A stretch of 64,000 bases of DNA from a virus (Duplodnaviria > Caudoviricetes). Where the stretch lies: positions 128,001 through 192,000 of the IMG/VR virus record IMGVR_UViG_3300047567_000025; one strand, written 5' to 3'. A program made the position numbers and the translations under genes. Under the pieces are notes generated by a model. It saw only the letters and a list, made by a program, of their open reading frames with translations. It did no database searches and had not been told where the DNA came from. Numbering within the stretch: position 1 is the stretch's first letter; the number at the start of each line of letters is the position of its first letter. Of this stretch, positions 63,201-64,000 are shown in pieces.

Positions 63201-63885
63201 GGAATATATCTACGCAAAACCATACAAATGGAAGTTCACTCATATTATTAGTGATCGGTTTCGTCAGTAGTATTCCATCTTTATATGAATCTATAAAAGA
63301 ATTCATATTATCATTCATGAGAAAATAATAATCTACTGATTTACCGGATCCATCATCAACTGATAAAGGCAACTCGATATCTTTGATTGTTATGTCAGTG
63401 AAATCATGTATTACTAAAACAGGCGGTGTTGTTGTAAATGCAAAGATATCACGTCTTACAATAGTATCGCTCAAGCTTTCTGATCTTAAAATGAAACACT
63501 TTTTGCAATTGCTAAATTTAATACGATATTCTTTATTTGATAATAAAGCATCTTTTGACAGTTTGGCCTCAAGAATATACTGCTGATCATATGTGTTAAT
63601 CAAATTTGAATATGTAATATCAAAATAGAACTCGAAAGTGTTATGTATAAAAATATTTTTCAATGACGGCTTATCCATCAATATTTTTCGAGATTCCAAC
63701 AGTAATTCAGATCCGAAGTTCTCAGCAACACCCGAATATTGTGAGCCATTAATATCTTCATATCCGTAATTCTTTTTCGTATATGAATCATAATAGTTTC
63801 TCAAGAATTGTAAAGTACTTCTCAATCCATCAGGACTAATAAAGGGGGAATATTCTTTTGGAATATTATTACTCAATTTAATCAT
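60250..63885 (-). CDS. Large tail/baseplate-associated structural protein (1211 aa)
   Basis: Shares GRxYxISND..KPARTxxRxCDxPTS..DKQYVRxE with 56846..60250; GSGYANGD motif. Confidence 0.6.
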   Translation of the reverse strand: MIKLSNNIPKEYSPFISPDGLRSTLQFLRNYYDSYTKKNYGYEDINGSQYSGVAENFGSELLLESRKILMDKPSLKNIFIHNTFEFYFDITYSNLINTYDQQYILEAKLSKDALLSNKEYRIKFSNCKKCFILRSESLSDTIVRRDIFAFTTTPPVLVIHDFTDITIKDIELPLSVDDGSGKSVDYYFLMNDNMNSFIDSYKDGILLTKPITNNMSELPFVWFCVDIFRLYPDISFKNNLDSNNNNLLTIGTDGHDISKIYPLVYGSNNTPSGDIVDDSWFIKVMPVDGNSFVKSVNNVNNYYIPISKIIFMKSNSISTAPSVENIITFDQSFIHITLSKDVEWSFKSPSVGDYDYDGTTYKNTCYAYIPMTSFSNNYPEYSADTKKQLLSAFVIEFDDKYLHQYEGICENAYSGLHVDSSSDYSDNSISKKNGTIHNIGDFEGLPPYFRYMMDRTIHRSHVELYSIRDDLNNTNQKVTDKQLSGIIVDSAVPQNDVIGILANLNLIIKYDWDTGRLYKTYGESISPNNSLSEIVFVDGNTFGNSDIVRYKLMPKFVYHGNRVFSTGMMSFDPFIGMGRVYYISNDEEYYDNNETSKQRKPARTICRVCDIPTSFIQLTNITYVAPPIVIDKQYVRTEVPYTAIDQDMLYNNKASVLLRDKDNIIFDYSTDINTIFKDESINSQYHPMTRMNMTSDISKPSTSTNYKFEVLNGGSGYANGDRFTFNIGGIYFNGTVLTSDLGIAVTITIEDNNDASKINISNIQSRISDYTTTKLSGSGTGLTVKLTIDESDWNALQPIKSTDYFNGLYAFKFDRYGTLWIWTYDNGQWHEHTQFTNAEIPVNYYDESRDKGYSISDAIINNIINQTNKNNTSFWKDIIVNNSKLQTEISSSVNINDDLTSAIISEYVNLQNTYYVVEPSQEIGNNHQLETFTMYPPISGEYILPKLHKVNLRKYYNISNMVSYSIDENVKDYQPLPMVFNPKKNHIQTYEPLTTDTYLLSKERKLTFNDVFGSKFDFKASDGILPYNVYQYNEFKEPDWRSTYINNLKTKTHKELLAIISSEISTYSEPIIYEDSSYKYSDEMLIDYIIMNKYDSPIYNRNNISILRKAGESVVKYINGSYDGIGEQPTGGYDILSYIYNPKIYLNNKSNISEELFIFKIDDAISISSLDGFVIMDNSGNDISRHSLIIYNNALYIYISSEWVKINREAS

Positions 63886-63892
63886 CTCCTTA

Positions 63893-64000
63893 TATTTCTT
63901 AATTTCTATTTTTTTATTTTCTAAACATATATTTTTATAATGTAGGGGTTGATGTAATATAGTGATAATTACATCAATGGAAAAGTTGTGATATTAACTA
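63893..64000 (+). repeat. Cluster 4 of the ~145-bp repeat (truncated by the window edge)
   Basis: Same core starting at ~63918. Confidence 0.95.

Noticed and set aside
1-64000. Alternative genetic code (stop-codon reassignment)
   Set aside because: Long ORFs tile the window densely in the standard code, all three stop codons end genes, and no suppressor tRNA is seen

Overview
An AT-rich (roughly 30% GC, estimated by eye) 64-kb segment of a jumbo myophage genome related to the phiKZ/AR9/PBS1 type of phages that encode their own multisubunit RNA polymerases. The host is probably a Bacillota/Clostridia species, judging by strong SD sites and a BspA-type LRR gene. The window encodes a beta-like RNAP subunit interrupted by a +1 frameshift, a beta'-like subunit with NADFDGD, a probable sigma-like subunit, the polymerase half of a split PolB, a probable SSB, primase, RecA/UvsX, SbcD, NAD-dependent ligase, dCMP deaminase and tRNA-Leu(TAA). 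It also carries tail-fibre and very large virion proteins, mostly on the minus strand. The most unusual features are non-coding. (1) A ~145-bp repeat occurs in four same-orientation clusters (11 recognisable copies plus a degenerate one); each unit reads as promoter + two stem-loops + U-tract, i.e. a multicopy small-RNA gene. (2) A ~300-nt, apparently pseudoknotted RNA-like region lies directly behind the tRNA. (3) Accessory-gene cassettes share a promoter, a 5' leader hairpin and a terminator but carry unrelated cargo. In addition, many minus-strand proteins carry a recurrent hydrophobic-Q-E-[S/A/G] motif suggesting protease-processed capsid-packaged polyproteins, one of which fuses an HExxH domain and a ferritin-like domain. 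All calls come from reading the sequence by eye; no searches or folding programs were run.
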